This document shows positions 18,727-28,252 of a stretch of 64,000 nucleotides of DNA, piece by piece; within the stretch, counting starts at the first letter, position 1, and each line of letters starts with the position of its first letter. This DNA is from a virus, in IMG/VR virus record IMGVR_UViG_3300029339_000415; one strand, 5' to 3'. The position numbers and the translations under genes are program-made. The notes under the pieces are model-generated. The model was not told the origin of the DNA. It searched no databases and saw only the letters and a list, made by a program, of their open reading frames with translations.

Positions 18727-18873
18727 ATGGGTACAGTTATAAGTATAATATTTTTAGTATTAATGTTTGCATTTTGGAGAAGTGGTAAGGAAGAAGAGGC
18801 AAGAAAAAGAAGAGATATGTATAACAATCTCAATAAAAAGTCTGTAGATGAAATGGAAAAATGGAGAAGATAA
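18727..18873 (+). CDS. small membrane protein (48 aa)
   Basis: SD ATAGGAGGA; hydrophobic N-terminus VISIIFLVLMFAFW. Confidence 0.35.
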   Translation: MGTVISIIFLVLMFAFWRSGKEEEARKRRDMYNNLNKKSVDEMEKWRR

Positions 18874-18896
18874 TATAAGAAAGGTGGTTGATGAAT

Positions 18897-19526
18897 ATGT
18901 TCGGAGGACTATTAGCATTCTTAGGAATTTATGCAGGAAGTGCTGCAAAAGCAGCTTATGATAATTATGATATGAAGAAAACTACTCGTAGAGTTGATGA
19001 GAATGGAAATGTACATTATATGGATAGATTGTGTAATGATTACATCAATGGAGAACGAGTAAAAAGAGTTGAAACAACGGATAGAAACGGAGTTAAATTA
19101 TATTCAACTGTTGGTGTGAATAGCAGTAAAGTGTATAACACTTCTTATGGAAGGGGTACACAGCAGTTATTTGAAATGAGTGAACATGAAAAGCAAGATG
19201 CAATTGAGCGTGGTAAATTGGCTTATATGCAGTACAATCCTTACTTCGGCAGACAAGTTACAACGGAGATTTCAACTGGTAGAACAATTACTTGTCTATT
19301 TTCTGGTAAAGATCCTGAAACAGGAAAAATGATTTATAAGAAATGGTATTTCCGTCCAGAATGCCAGGATAAATATGATTGGAGGAATACTGCCAAGGGA
19401 GATTATGGCATTGATATCACAGAAGATGAATATAATAAGCTCAAGACGGTATTGAGCAGTTATAGTAATATTCCTAGTGATGGACAAGTGTTAAATAAAT
19501 TATGGGGATATACTTGTTTTCATTAG
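18897..19526 (+). CDS. hypothetical membrane-anchored protein (209 aa)
   Basis: SD AGAAAGGTGG; N-terminal hydrophobic segment. Confidence 0.45.
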   Translation: MFGGLLAFLGIYAGSAAKAAYDNYDMKKTTRRVDENGNVHYMDRLCNDYINGERVKRVETTDRNGVKLYSTVGVNSSKVYNTSYGRGTQQLFEMSEHEKQDAIERGKLAYMQYNPYFGRQVTTEISTGRTITCLFSGKDPETGKMIYKKWYFRPECQDKYDWRNTAKGDYGIDITEDEYNKLKTVLSSYSNIPSDGQVLNKLWGYTCFH

Positions 19527-19541
19527 TTGGGAGGTCATAAA

Positions 19542-19790
19542 ATGAATAAGCAGAGAAGAGAAAAGATAAGGCAACTCAAAACTCAAATTGATTTGATTAA
19601 AACCGATTTGAAGAAAGCTTCAAGTGAGTTATCTTCTATATTGAATGAAGAACAGGAAGCATTTGATAATATGCCCGAAGGATTGCAGAGCAGTTATAGA
19701 GGGATGTGTTCTGAAGATGCTGTTGATAGTATGGAAGAAGCGAGTGAGAAACTTGATGAAGTGATTGAGTTGCTAAGTGATGTTGTGTAA
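19542..19790 (+). CDS. hypothetical coiled-coil protein (82 aa)
   Basis: ATG after SD TTGGGAGGTCA. Confidence 0.4.
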   Translation: MNKQRREKIRQLKTQIDLIKTDLKKASSELSSILNEEQEAFDNMPEGLQSSYRGMCSEDAVDSMEEASEKLDEVIELLSDVV

Positions 19791-19805
19791 GAATAATATG
19801 AATAC

Positions 19806-19845
19806 AAAAAGAGAATTGCATTTTATACAATTCTCTTTTTCTTTA
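19806..19845 (+). terminator. rho-independent terminator
   Basis: AAAAAGAGAATTG / CAATTCTCTTTTT hairpin. Confidence 0.5.
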
Positions 19846-19895
19846 CACAATGATATTATTGTGGTAACATCTTTATGGGAAGGAGTGTGACCACA

Positions 19896-20489
19896 ATGGT
19901 GAAAGATAATTATTTAAAGTTTCGTTGTACCGATAAAATGAAATCGACTGTTGAATCTAAAGCAAAAGAGAATAATATGAGTGTAACAGCTTATTTAGAA
20001 TATTTAATAAGAAGGGATGTAGATACTATGAGAACTGTAATGAGTGATAATTTAACGGAGGATATTGAAGTTAGGTTGAAAAAAGAAACAAGTTGCTATT
20101 TGTCAAGCAACAAAGAATGGTGGCTTTTTACTGATATGAATGTATTCAATAAAATAAGCAAAGAATATAAATTTAATGAAGAAGCGGAAAATAGAAATAA
20201 GATTTATACTCATAATATAGAGGAATATCTACAAATAATTTGTGAAGATATGATAGAAACATTCTTTGGAAGACAAATACAATTTTCTGATTTTATAGAA
20301 TCTACAATGGAAATTGTTGAAGATAATCCAGAAAAATTATATTGCAATGAATGGGATGAAATACTTATAGATTACATAAAAGTCGGTATTATAACAAGTA
20401 TCGCAAGCGATTTAGAAGATGAACTAAAAAGATTAGATAGTACCGGTTATGACATAGGAATTATTAATCAGGCTATAGTCAATAAATAA
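19896..20489 (+). CDS. ribbon-helix-helix (CopG/MobC-like) N-terminal domain protein (197 aa)
   Basis: ATG after SD GGAAGGAG; LKFRCTDKMKSTVESKAKENNMSVTAYLEYLI resembles RHH DNA-binding fold. Confidence 0.4.
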   Translation: MVKDNYLKFRCTDKMKSTVESKAKENNMSVTAYLEYLIRRDVDTMRTVMSDNLTEDIEVRLKKETSCYLSSNKEWWLFTDMNVFNKISKEYKFNEEAENRNKIYTHNIEEYLQIICEDMIETFFGRQIQFSDFIESTMEIVEDNPEKLYCNEWDEILIDYIKVGIITSIASDLEDELKRLDSTGYDIGIINQAIVNK

Positions 20490-20521
20490 TAGTTTCATTG
20501 GAAGATGGGAGTTGAGAAATT

Positions 20522-20761
20522 ATGAGAATATCTAAAGATATACAAAGAAAAATGCATAAATTAGCACAACTGACTTCACAAGCAGCTATGCTTGATAAAG
20601 AAATCAATGATTATTTTGAAAGTAAAGGATATGATATTGATGAACTTCGTAGTGGGGACGGAACAACGATTGACGAATTAAATTATGGCAATGATATTAC
20701 AAATACTTTTGTTAATGATTTTGAAAATGGAAAGTATGAATATTGTCGGGATATAGGGTAA
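20522..20761 (+). CDS. hypothetical protein (79 aa)
   Basis: SD GATGGGAGTTGAG. Confidence 0.4.
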   Translation: MRISKDIQRKMHKLAQLTSQAAMLDKEINDYFESKGYDIDELRSGDGTTIDELNYGNDITNTFVNDFENGKYEYCRDIG

Positions 20762-20855
20762 CAAGAATCCAAGTTTTCATAAAACGGTAACGATGTCCGT
20801 AGGCAGAAAATCTCTGATGTGTTATAGTTAATTAAAAACACAAGGAGAATTTAGT

Positions 20856-21098
20856 ATGAAGAATATTGATAGAATGAAGCTGGCTCTTATAGATCAGATT
20901 ACAAATATGACAACAGAACAATTTGAAAGATTAAACGATATATTGTGTGAAGAATATGACTTTAATCATGGGTATGTTAATAAAGCTGCAATATTTACTT
21001 GTGAAGATTGTAGGAGATTATATGGAAAATGCGTTGAATCTGAACGAACAGAAGAATGCGATGAGCGATTTATAAAGTATTTAGAAAGTGAAGTGTAA
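20856..21098 (+). CDS. hypothetical protein (80 aa)
   Basis: SD ACAAGGAGAA. Confidence 0.4.
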   Translation: MKNIDRMKLALIDQITNMTTEQFERLNDILCEEYDFNHGYVNKAAIFTCEDCRRLYGKCVESERTEECDERFIKYLESEV

Positions 21099-21141
21099 TT
21101 TAAATGAAATCTAAGTTTACTATCAAATTAAGGAGGAAGAT

Positions 21142-21366
21142 ATGGCAAAGAAAATTATATATACAGATGAATTTGGAAACAAAATAGATATTAATTCAAT
21201 CGAGGGTATTCATGTTATACTTAATGATATTTTTACAGCATGCGATAATGAGAACAGCTGTTTATGCGTTAAAGAGAATATCAAAGCAAGCGTAGAAAAA
21301 TGTTGTGAAACCAGAAAACTAGAAATTAAAACTGGAAAACCTCAAGATAAAAGTAGCATTTGGTAA
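21142..21366 (+). CDS. hypothetical protein (74 aa)
   Basis: SD TAAGGAGGAAG. Confidence 0.4.
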   Translation: MAKKIIYTDEFGNKIDINSIEGIHVILNDIFTACDNENSCLCVKENIKASVEKCCETRKLEIKTGKPQDKSSIW

Positions 21367-21405
21367 GGAAATTTAACTTTCTTTTGGCATAGAAACGGAG
21401 GATAT

Positions 21406-21741
21406 ATGGAGATGCCAGTGTATGAATGTTCAAATTGTTATAATGAATTTTCGGAGCAACTATATCCAGTTAATATATCAGATGTTAAATGGATAAATCT
21501 TATTTGCGATAAATATCCGAATGGATGTATTCAAATAACTTGTCACGATGCTCAAGAAAATGCTTATTATGCAACAAGGCTTCTGAAATGTTATGTGAGT
21601 AAAAAAGGTAGATATGCAATTTGGGGTAAACATAGATTTTATGAAGGATATAGTGGCGGTCTTATATTGAGAGGTGTTCCGTATAAGTCTATTGAAACTA
21701 TAAGAGATGCAGCTAAAACGTATGGAACAATAGTAGAATGA
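21406..21741 (+). CDS. hypothetical Cys-rich protein (111 aa)
   Basis: SD AACGGAGGAT; CSNCYNEF motif. Confidence 0.4.
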   Translation: MEMPVYECSNCYNEFSEQLYPVNISDVKWINLICDKYPNGCIQITCHDAQENAYYATRLLKCYVSKKGRYAIWGKHRFYEGYSGGLILRGVPYKSIETIRDAAKTYGTIVE

Positions 21742-21780
21742 AAGAATGATTTACTTGGAAGATTGGAAGAGGTGATACAA

Positions 21781-22068
21781 ATGAAAAGACTTGATATTTA
21801 TAAAACTAATGATGGGAAATCTTTAGCTCTTTTAAACAATGAAACTGATTCAAATGGATATATAAATTATTTACCAATTACAAATAGTGCAAATGGTATG
21901 AGTGTTAATACAAAATCTGGCAATCCTGTTATTATAGATATAGATAATGTATCTATAATTAAGATGAACAAGTTAGAGTCATACATTGATCATGTAATAG
22001 AAAGTGATTTTGATTTTAAAATTAAGTGGTATATTGATGGTAGGCAAAGAGAAGAGGTGAAAGATTGA
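21781..22068 (+). CDS. hypothetical protein (95 aa)
   Basis: ATG after SD GATTGGAAGAGGTGA. Confidence 0.4.
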   Translation: MKRLDIYKTNDGKSLALLNNETDSNGYINYLPITNSANGMSVNTKSGNPVIIDIDNVSIIKMNKLESYIDHVIESDFDFKIKWYIDGRQREEVKD

Positions 22069-22079
22069 GGTGAGCAAAA

Positions 22080-22237
22080 TGAAAGACAAACCAAATAAAA
22101 TAAAAGCGAAACTCATTGTAAAAGTAGAAGCAGAATTTTATGATGATGAATCATCAGAAGAAACATTGAGATATTGTGTTGAACAGGATTTGGAAGATGC
22201 AGGATTAAATGTTATTGATGTGTCTGTGGTGAAATGA
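22080..22237 (+). CDS. hypothetical acidic protein (52 aa)
   Basis: SD TGAGGTGAG; below track cutoff. Confidence 0.3.
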
Positions 22238-22247
22238 GGTGATATAG

Positions 22248-22451
22248 ATGGAACTTAAGAAAGGCGATAGAGTGTTTCATAAAGGTTTAGAACTTGTAGG
22301 AACTTTTATGGAATATGCATGGAATAGTGATGAAGAAGCTATTGTGAAATTTGATAATGCTGACAATTCTGATGATTGTAGACATATATCTGTAAATCAG
22401 TTACAGAAATGTCCAAGTAACGAAGAGATTGGAAAGAAAATTGAGGTATAA
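22248..22451 (+). CDS. hypothetical protein (67 aa)
   Basis: leader GAAATGAGGTGATATAGATGG duplicated at 22587. Confidence 0.4.
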   Translation: MELKKGDRVFHKGLELVGTFMEYAWNSDEEAIVKFDNADNSDDCRHISVNQLQKCPSNEEIGKKIEV

Positions 22452-22607
22452 CAGTGGACGAATTAAGAATTAAAATTGAGCAACTTATTGAGGATTTAGA
22501 AAATGAAACAGCAAATCGCAATATGAATGACATGGAAGAAGGCAGATATAAAACTTTATGCGAAGTATTGGATTTGATTGATGAGCAGATGAAATGAGGT
22601 AATGTAG

Positions 22608-22871
22608 ATGGAAAATAAAAAAACATTAAAATATTTAAACGATATGAAGAATAGTAAAATGCCACCATTTGATAGTCAATATGAATTTTTCTTTGCTACA
22701 CTGGAAGATTATTATATTGCAAAATCAAATGGTGCAAAGATAATAAAAGAGGAGCTTATGGAATGGGATTCTGAAGCACAAAAAGAAATTGTTAATATAT
22801 TGGCTGATATTATAGAATCTGATGAATTGATTGGTTTTGATAGAAATGATATTTTATCATTGGTTGACTAA
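22608..22871 (+). CDS. hypothetical protein (87 aa)
   Basis: leader GAAATGAGGTAATGTAGATGG, paralogous to 22228 leader. Confidence 0.4.
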   Translation: MENKKTLKYLNDMKNSKMPPFDSQYEFFFATLEDYYIAKSNGAKIIKEELMEWDSEAQKEIVNILADIIESDELIGFDRNDILSLVD

Positions 22872-23020
22872 ATGGAAGGTTTACAGAGTATAGTAACCAA
22901 CACATTAGCAAGTATATGTGCTATGGCAGATAAAAAATACAAAAGATGGAACGCAAAGAACCACTAAAATAGAAGATTATAGAAGTGGTAAAATTCCACT
23001 GTAAATGATGGAGAATACAA

Positions 23021-23173
23021 ATGGAATCAATTATAAATGAATTGGCAAGAAAAGATAACTTTACAAATGACAAACAGTATAATTCAGGTTTAAGGCTAAT
23101 AAGAGAAATGGGGTATTGCTATGTTAGTGGAGAGCCTGATGTTAAGTATTATTGTATATGTAATGGATACTAA
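23021..23173 (+). CDS. hypothetical protein (50 aa)
   Basis: small ORF; C-terminal CICNGY. Confidence 0.3.
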   Translation: MESIINELARKDNFTNDKQYNSGLRLIREMGYCYVSGEPDVKYYCICNGY

Positions 23174-23214
23174 GAAATTGTTGAAAGATTGGAAGAGGTG
23201 ATATAGTGACAAAT

Positions 23215-23403
23215 ATGACACTAAAAGAATTGATAGAATATGAAAGAGAATTATGTAGCTTACAACAAGAATATGAGGGGAAACTGACTAAGATATACGG
23301 AGAGGATGATTCCTCAAATGAAAAGAGGAGGCTAACAATTGTTTTGAATCTTATTATTGAAGAAAGACAGAAAGTAAATCGTCAAAAATATAAACCAGTG
23401 TAA
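23215..23403 (+). CDS. hypothetical protein (62 aa)
   Basis: ATG after SD GATTGGAAGAGGTGA. Confidence 0.4.
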   Translation: MTLKELIEYERELCSLQQEYEGKLTKIYGEDDSSNEKRRLTIVLNLIIEERQKVNRQKYKPV

Positions 23404-23439
23404 ATGACGATTTCTTATGGAAAATTTGGAGGTAATAAT

Positions 23440-23817
23440 ATGAAAGTACTTGGAAGCTTTGTAGATTGTGTTTATGATTCAAATTTATATAAAGAGGATA
23501 TGGGGGATATTAGAACAAAACTTATAAGTAGATTGCCAGATAAAAGAATCTGTGAAATGGCAAGTGTGCTTATAATCGACACGAAATATGATATGTATGT
23601 TGTAAAAATACGAAGACCTGAACTGAATAGTAGTGGATGTGTTGACATAGAAAAGACTCATAAGAAAATTTACGAAACTGATTTTATCGAAATTTCAAAA
23701 AGAGATTATGAAGGATTAGATTGGAGAGAAGCTACTAAGAGAACTGATGAATTAATGAAGCCAGGATCATTTGTTATTTTCAAAACGGATATTGAAGTAG
23801 ATAAGTTGTTAGATTAA
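23440..23817 (+). CDS. hypothetical protein (125 aa)
   Basis: ATG after SD TTTGGAGGTAA. Confidence 0.45.
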   Translation: MKVLGSFVDCVYDSNLYKEDMGDIRTKLISRLPDKRICEMASVLIIDTKYDMYVVKIRRPELNSSGCVDIEKTHKKIYETDFIEISKRDYEGLDWREATKRTDELMKPGSFVIFKTDIEVDKLLD

Positions 23818-23896
23818 AATTGCTTTCAATAGCAGAACGGAGGATGATAAAAATGGAAAGACAGTTGAAGATTGTTTTCAAGAGGAAAGTAATTAT

Positions 23897-24511
23897 ATGG
23901 AAATAAATATAGGTGATAAATTTGGTGATTGGACTGTGCTAGCTTTGTCAGATAAAACAGATTCGTCACACAATAAGTATTACACATGTCAATGTGTGTG
24001 TGGGACAATTAGAGCAATTAACAAAGGAAAATTAATTTCAGGAAAGTCTAAGTCTTGTGGTTGTAAAAGAAAATTAGATATGACTAGGAAAATCGTAAAA
24101 GATTTATTGTTTTTAGAGCCTTTTGGCTATGAAAATGGAAAAGTTATATGGAAATGTAAATGTCTAAAATGTGGAAGAATGTGCTACAGAACGGTATCTG
24201 AGGCAAAAAAGGTTGGTACTTGTGGAAATCATAGAGATGGGAAAACATTAAATGAAAATAGAAAAAAGCGTACACAGGTCGATGGAACGATTGTACAAAC
24301 TTTAACTCAAAAAGTTTCAAAAAATAATACTTCAGGTATAAAAGGAGTTTCTTTTGACAAAACCAGAAAATTATGGGTTGCTCAAATTGGATTTCAAGGA
24401 AAGAATTATAGTCTCGGTAAATTTAAAAAAATTGAAGATGCAGAAAAAGCTAGAAAAGATGCAGAAGATAGATTTTTTAAACCGATTATAGATAAGTATA
24501 AAAAAGACTGA
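23897..24511 (+). CDS. AP2-domain DNA-binding protein with N-terminal Cys-rich region
   Basis: GIKGVSFDKTRKLWVAQIGFQGKNYSLGKFKKIEDAEKARKDAEDRFF matches AP2 domain; N-terminal CQCVCG...CGCKR zinc-binding/HNH-like. Confidence 0.55.
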   Translation: MEINIGDKFGDWTVLALSDKTDSSHNKYYTCQCVCGTIRAINKGKLISGKSKSCGCKRKLDMTRKIVKDLLFLEPFGYENGKVIWKCKCLKCGRMCYRTVSEAKKVGTCGNHRDGKTLNENRKKRTQVDGTIVQTLTQKVSKNNTSGIKGVSFDKTRKLWVAQIGFQGKNYSLGKFKKIEDAEKARKDAEDRFFKPIIDKYKKD

Positions 24512-24528
24512 TTTGAAAGGAAGGAAAA

Positions 24529-24861
24529 ATGCCAAGAATTAGAGATTGTGTTATTTGTGGTAAGAGGTTTACAAGTTACCATGGAATAAATGTATGTAGT
24601 GAACAATGTAAAATAGAAAAAAAGAAACGACAAGATGAAAATTCGAATAAAAGAAGATATAGTAAGGAATCGAATACACCAATAATTAAAATCTGTCCTA
24701 TTTGTGGGGAAAAGTTTGAAACACTTAGAAGAACATATTGTTCAGAAGAGTGTTCTGAGAAAGCACATAAAATACATGTAAAGGAAATTTCAGATCAATA
24801 CTATAAAGATCATAGAGAAGAAATAATTGATAAAGTAAAAGAAAGAAATAATAAATATTAA
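24529..24861 (+). CDS. double zinc-ribbon protein (110 aa)
   Basis: CVICGKRF...CSEQC and CPICGEKF...CSEEC. Confidence 0.45.
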   Translation: MPRIRDCVICGKRFTSYHGINVCSEQCKIEKKKRQDENSNKRRYSKESNTPIIKICPICGEKFETLRRTYCSEECSEKAHKIHVKEISDQYYKDHREEIIDKVKERNNKY

Positions 24862-24868
24862 TTATAAG

Positions 24869-24897
24869 GAAGCAGAAATTGTCTGCTTCTTTTTTTT
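24869..24897 (+). terminator. rho-independent terminator
   Basis: GAAGCAGA / TCTGCTTC hairpin followed by TTTTTTTT. Confidence 0.55.
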
Positions 24898-24921
24898 ACA
24901 AAAAAATGAGGTGAATAATGT

Positions 24922-25203
24922 TTGAGTAGATATAAGAACGGAAATCCAAAACATGCAAGTCGATTCATATGTTTAAAATGTATGCAAGAAAATATGTTAG
25001 CAAGAGGAATTCAGCGTAAGAAACAACGTGAGAAATTTCATATTAAAGATCTTACTTGTATATTATGCGGTGGAATTGAAACTAAAAATATGGAAGTAAG
25101 GTATTGTGATGATTATAAAGAGATTTATACAAAAGCATTAGAGAAAAGAGAGAATTATTATACAGGAGATTTTAGAAAGGTGGTTGATAATTATGTGTTA
25201 TAA
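24922..25203 (+). CDS. zinc-ribbon protein (93 aa)
   Basis: TTG start after SD TGAGGTGA; CLKC...CILCGG. Confidence 0.4.
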   Translation: MSRYKNGNPKHASRFICLKCMQENMLARGIQRKKQREKFHIKDLTCILCGGIETKNMEVRYCDDYKEIYTKALEKRENYYTGDFRKVVDNYVL

Positions 25204-26173
25204 AATAGAAGTCCAAAATAAAAATGCAGAGAAGCTTAACAGGAAGTTGGATGAGTTGAATCTTCCTATATATACGAGAAAATATTTCAGTGTTAAAATT
25301 GAAAGCAAAGCAGGTGCATTAAATTATCTTGGAGTTATTGTAGATTTGCTCAATTGGTTTATTGAAGAGAAACTTATTAATAAAACAAATATTTCAGATA
25401 TTGAGCCATCGGATTTTACAGATATCATGGCAGAAGATATTACATTATATTTAAAGACAAAAGAACAAAATGGAATGTCGCCAACTACATTAGAAACAAG
25501 GAAACATATTATAAGTAGCTTTTGGGATTATATGAGTAGAGTAAAGGGAACTGAAATTAAAGATGGATTCTTTAAAGATGTAACCTATAAGGGAATTCCA
25601 TCTGGAAATAATTTAACAAAAAAACTTCCAACAGAAAAGCAGCTTAATGATATGGAAGAGAAAATAATGTGGAAAAAGGATGAATGTGTAAGAAATAGGA
25701 ATATTGCTATCTTTCGAGTGTTAAGAGGAACTGGAATAAGAGAATCTGAACTTGCAGGTTTAGATTTGTCTAATTTGCATTTAAAAGAAGAAATGCCATA
25801 CATTACTATTCTTGGCAAAGGTGTGTACAGAGAACTGCAAAATAGAACAGTATATCTTAGTGGATCTGCTTTAAAAGCATTAAGAGAATGGTTAGAATAC
25901 AGAAGTACATTGAATAATGTTGTAGACAAAGAAGCTGTGTTTATAAATAAAAACGGTACACGTACAACAGAAAGAAATATTAAACAGATATTTGAAAATT
26001 ATGGCAATGGCATCACTCCACATATGATGCGACATTATTATGCCAGTATAATGAACAGAAATGGAAATCTTGCATTTGTACAGCAACAGCTTGGACATAG
26101 TAGTGTAAATACGACAGTTAATAATTATGCAAACGGAGCAGTGGGAATGAAAGATATATTAGACAATATGTGA
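25193..26173 (+). CDS. int: tyrosine site-specific recombinase / phage integrase
   Basis: C-terminal HMMRHYYAS...LGHSSVNTTVNNYAN matches Xer/phage integrase catalytic R-H-R-Y box; SD AAAGGTGG. Confidence 0.8.
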   Translation: MCYKIEVQNKNAEKLNRKLDELNLPIYTRKYFSVKIESKAGALNYLGVIVDLLNWFIEEKLINKTNISDIEPSDFTDIMAEDITLYLKTKEQNGMSPTTLETRKHIISSFWDYMSRVKGTEIKDGFFKDVTYKGIPSGNNLTKKLPTEKQLNDMEEKIMWKKDECVRNRNIAIFRVLRGTGIRESELAGLDLSNLHLKEEMPYITILGKGVYRELQNRTVYLSGSALKALREWLEYRSTLNNVVDKEAVFINKNGTRTTERNIKQIFENYGNGITPHMMRHYYASIMNRNGNLAFVQQQLGHSSVNTTVNNYANGAVGMKDILDNM

Positions 26174-26180
26174 TATGTAA

Positions 26181-26210
26181 AGGACGATACAGATTAATTT
26201 GTGTCGTCCT
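26181..26210. terminator. bidirectional hairpin terminator between int and repressor
   Basis: AGGACGATAC / GTGTCGTCCT inverted repeat overlapping repressor stop. Confidence 0.4.
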
Positions 26211-26463
26211 TATTCTTACTTGCTTTATTAATTTCAGTTGCATAGGTTAGTAATCGCTTCATTTGATAGTCATCAGTATCTAATATTTCGAGTGGCGAAC
26301 AATTAAGTTCTTTACAAATTGCCTCTAAAATATCAAATTTAATTGAAGTTGATTCACCTTTGTAGATTTTGTCAATCGTTGGATATGTTACGCCTATTTT
26401 TTTAGCCAGTTCGTAACGTGTCATATTTTTTTCTTTTAATTTGTTTTGAATAGATAATTTCAT
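26194..26463 (-). CDS. HTH XRE-family repressor (cI-like), 89 aa
   Basis: MTRYELAKKIGVTYPTIDKIYKGE HTH; ATG at 26463 (complement) preceded by AGGAGGAT SD; the 205-aa track ORF is an artefactual 5-prime extension. Confidence 0.7.
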   Translation of the reverse strand: MKLSIQNKLKEKNMTRYELAKKIGVTYPTIDKIYKGESTSIKFDILEAICKELNCSPLEILDTDDYQMKRLLTYATEINKASKNKDDTN

Positions 26464-26539
26464 GAATGTAATCCTCCTATATACATAGAGTACCATATAT
26501 AAAAGAAAAAATAAATATAAAAAATAATTGTAATAATAC

Positions 26540-26568
26540 TTGACAATATATATAGTGAAGTATATAAT
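26540..26568 (+). promoter_or_regulatory. sigma70 consensus promoter driving MazF-like gene
   Basis: TTGACA 26540-45, 17-nt spacer, TATAAT 26563-68. Confidence 0.5.
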
Positions 26569-26611
26569 ACAAAATATCAAAGGAACAAACAGAGAAAGGA
26601 GGGCTAACATA

Positions 26612-26962
26612 GTGGAAATTAAACGTGGTGAAATATATTTCGCTGATATAACTAAATATGATTCTAAAGGTTCAGAACAGAGTGGTAGAAGACCAGTACT
26701 GATATTGCAGAATGATATTGGCAATAAGTTTAGCCCTACCACTATAATTGCCATCATAACAACAAAATCTAAAAGGGAATTGCCAACACATGTAGAAATA
26801 CATAAGAACAAGCTTAATGGGTTGAAATATGATTCTGTTGTGGCATTAGAGCAGATTTCGACAATTGATAAAGATAGGATTCAATTTAAAATTGGTGAAT
26901 TATCTGCTGAAGATAATTTAAAGGTTATGGAAGCAATGAAAATTAGTTTGGCTATGATATAA
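26612..26962 (+). CDS. MazF/PemK-family endoribonuclease toxin
   Basis: GTG start after SD AAAGGAGGG; RRPVLILQNDIGNKFSPTTIIAIITT matches MazF/EndoA core. Confidence 0.75.
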   Translation: MEIKRGEIYFADITKYDSKGSEQSGRRPVLILQNDIGNKFSPTTIIAIITTKSKRELPTHVEIHKNKLNGLKYDSVVALEQISTIDKDRIQFKIGELSAEDNLKVMEAMKISLAMI

Positions 26963-26980
26963 GAGTGAGGAGAGAACATT

Positions 26981-27277
26981 ATGAAGACAGAAACTTATGA
27001 TTACGCAAGTATAGATGAAGCAATTGAAAGATTACAAAAGTTAAAAGCTGAAGGTAAAAATCCTAAAAATGTTGTTATATTAACAATGGATTTTGATAAT
27101 AATACCTCTTCAAAGAAAATCACAACTCCTGATGATGGATGTTTATTAGTAAGAAAATCAAAAACAATTATTGTGAACGAAGATGCTTATATCCCTCATA
27201 TGCAGCTATTCAATACCGAACAGGATATAGAGAATATTATTAAAAGAGGAATTATGCATGACATTCTGTTAAGATAA
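26981..27277 (+). CDS. hypothetical protein (98 aa) downstream of MazF
   Basis: SD GTGAGGAGAG. Confidence 0.4.
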   Translation: MKTETYDYASIDEAIERLQKLKAEGKNPKNVVILTMDFDNNTSSKKITTPDDGCLLVRKSKTIIVNEDAYIPHMQLFNTEQDIENIIKRGIMHDILLR

Positions 27278-27356
27278 TTTATTCGAATATTTGTTTGGTT
27301 TTATATTGACACAAACGTATGTTTGGAGTAATATAATGGAAGAGGAAATAAAAAAT

Positions 27357-27391
27357 GCTTGACTAGAAAGTTGGCAGCTGGCTAGTCAAGC
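27357..27391. repeat. perfect 10-bp inverted repeat GCTTGACTAG-N15-CTAGTCAAGC
   Basis: in 300-bp noncoding gap 27278-27581. Confidence 0.6.
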
Positions 27392-27581
27392 AACATACAA
27401 AGTCTATTTCTTGGGGAAATAATCAGTATGCATTCAAATTATACATAGTAATAGTTATAAAAGTCAATTGCATATCAGCAAAATTTCCAATTTTTTATCA
27501 CAATTTAATAGCATTTTTAATTTTTCTTTGGTATTTCCAAGGCTTATTAAAGTGCGCTAAAAATCAGAGAGGAGTGTTGTT

Positions 27582-28250
27582 TTGTTTATATTAACAGATG
27601 GAAAGAATTATGTTATGGAAAATCCTATGAAATTAGGTGAGTATATGATAACGACTTCGAGTTCTATGGCTAAGAGGTTTACTTACAAACAAGCAAGGTC
27701 GTTAGTACAGAACAGTAGAAAGAAATATTCATGGATTAAGAAATATAATCTTATTGATGTGGATACAGGACAGAAATCTGATAAATCTCTTTATTATAGA
27801 GGAAATGCAAATGTTTATACAGGAGATGAAGGTAATTTTGATTATGCTTTATTAGATAAGATTGAATCAGAAGCCAATTCTATCTTAGGGTTAGCAGGCT
27901 GGGACGACAATCAACTTATTACATATAAAAATTTATTAAATACTGAACTATCAAAGTGCGATAGTGCAGAAAGTGATATTAATCATGCATTAGAAAAATA
28001 TAAGAAAATACATAATGGCAAGAAGCCACAAGCTCATAAGGTAGCAAAGATAGGATATTTACTTGATGACATACGAGATAAACATAAACGAATAAAGCAG
28101 TGTATAAGGTATGTTCAGGTTATGCAAGATGCGATAGTCAAAGGATACAACATTGAGAAGATAAAATTGGAACTTAGTAAAGTCACTAGCGATGATTATA
28201 AAGGTAGAACGGAATATTGGAAAATGGCTAATGATATTTTGGAGGATTAA
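27582..28250 (+). CDS. hypothetical protein (222 aa)
   Basis: TTG start after SD AGAGAGGAG. Confidence 0.45.
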   Translation: MFILTDGKNYVMENPMKLGEYMITTSSSMAKRFTYKQARSLVQNSRKKYSWIKKYNLIDVDTGQKSDKSLYYRGNANVYTGDEGNFDYALLDKIESEANSILGLAGWDDNQLITYKNLLNTELSKCDSAESDINHALEKYKKIHNGKKPQAHKVAKIGYLLDDIRDKHKRIKQCIRYVQVMQDAIVKGYNIEKIKLELSKVTSDDYKGRTEYWKMANDILED

Positions 28251-28252
28251 TT

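Noticed and set aside
26194-26811. 205-aa minus-strand ORF from the track
   Set aside because: Only the 3-prime 270 nt (26194-26463) encodes a coherent XRE HTH protein with its own SD and ATG. The upstream 115 codons are hydrophobic low-complexity read antisense across the MazF promoter and gene start.
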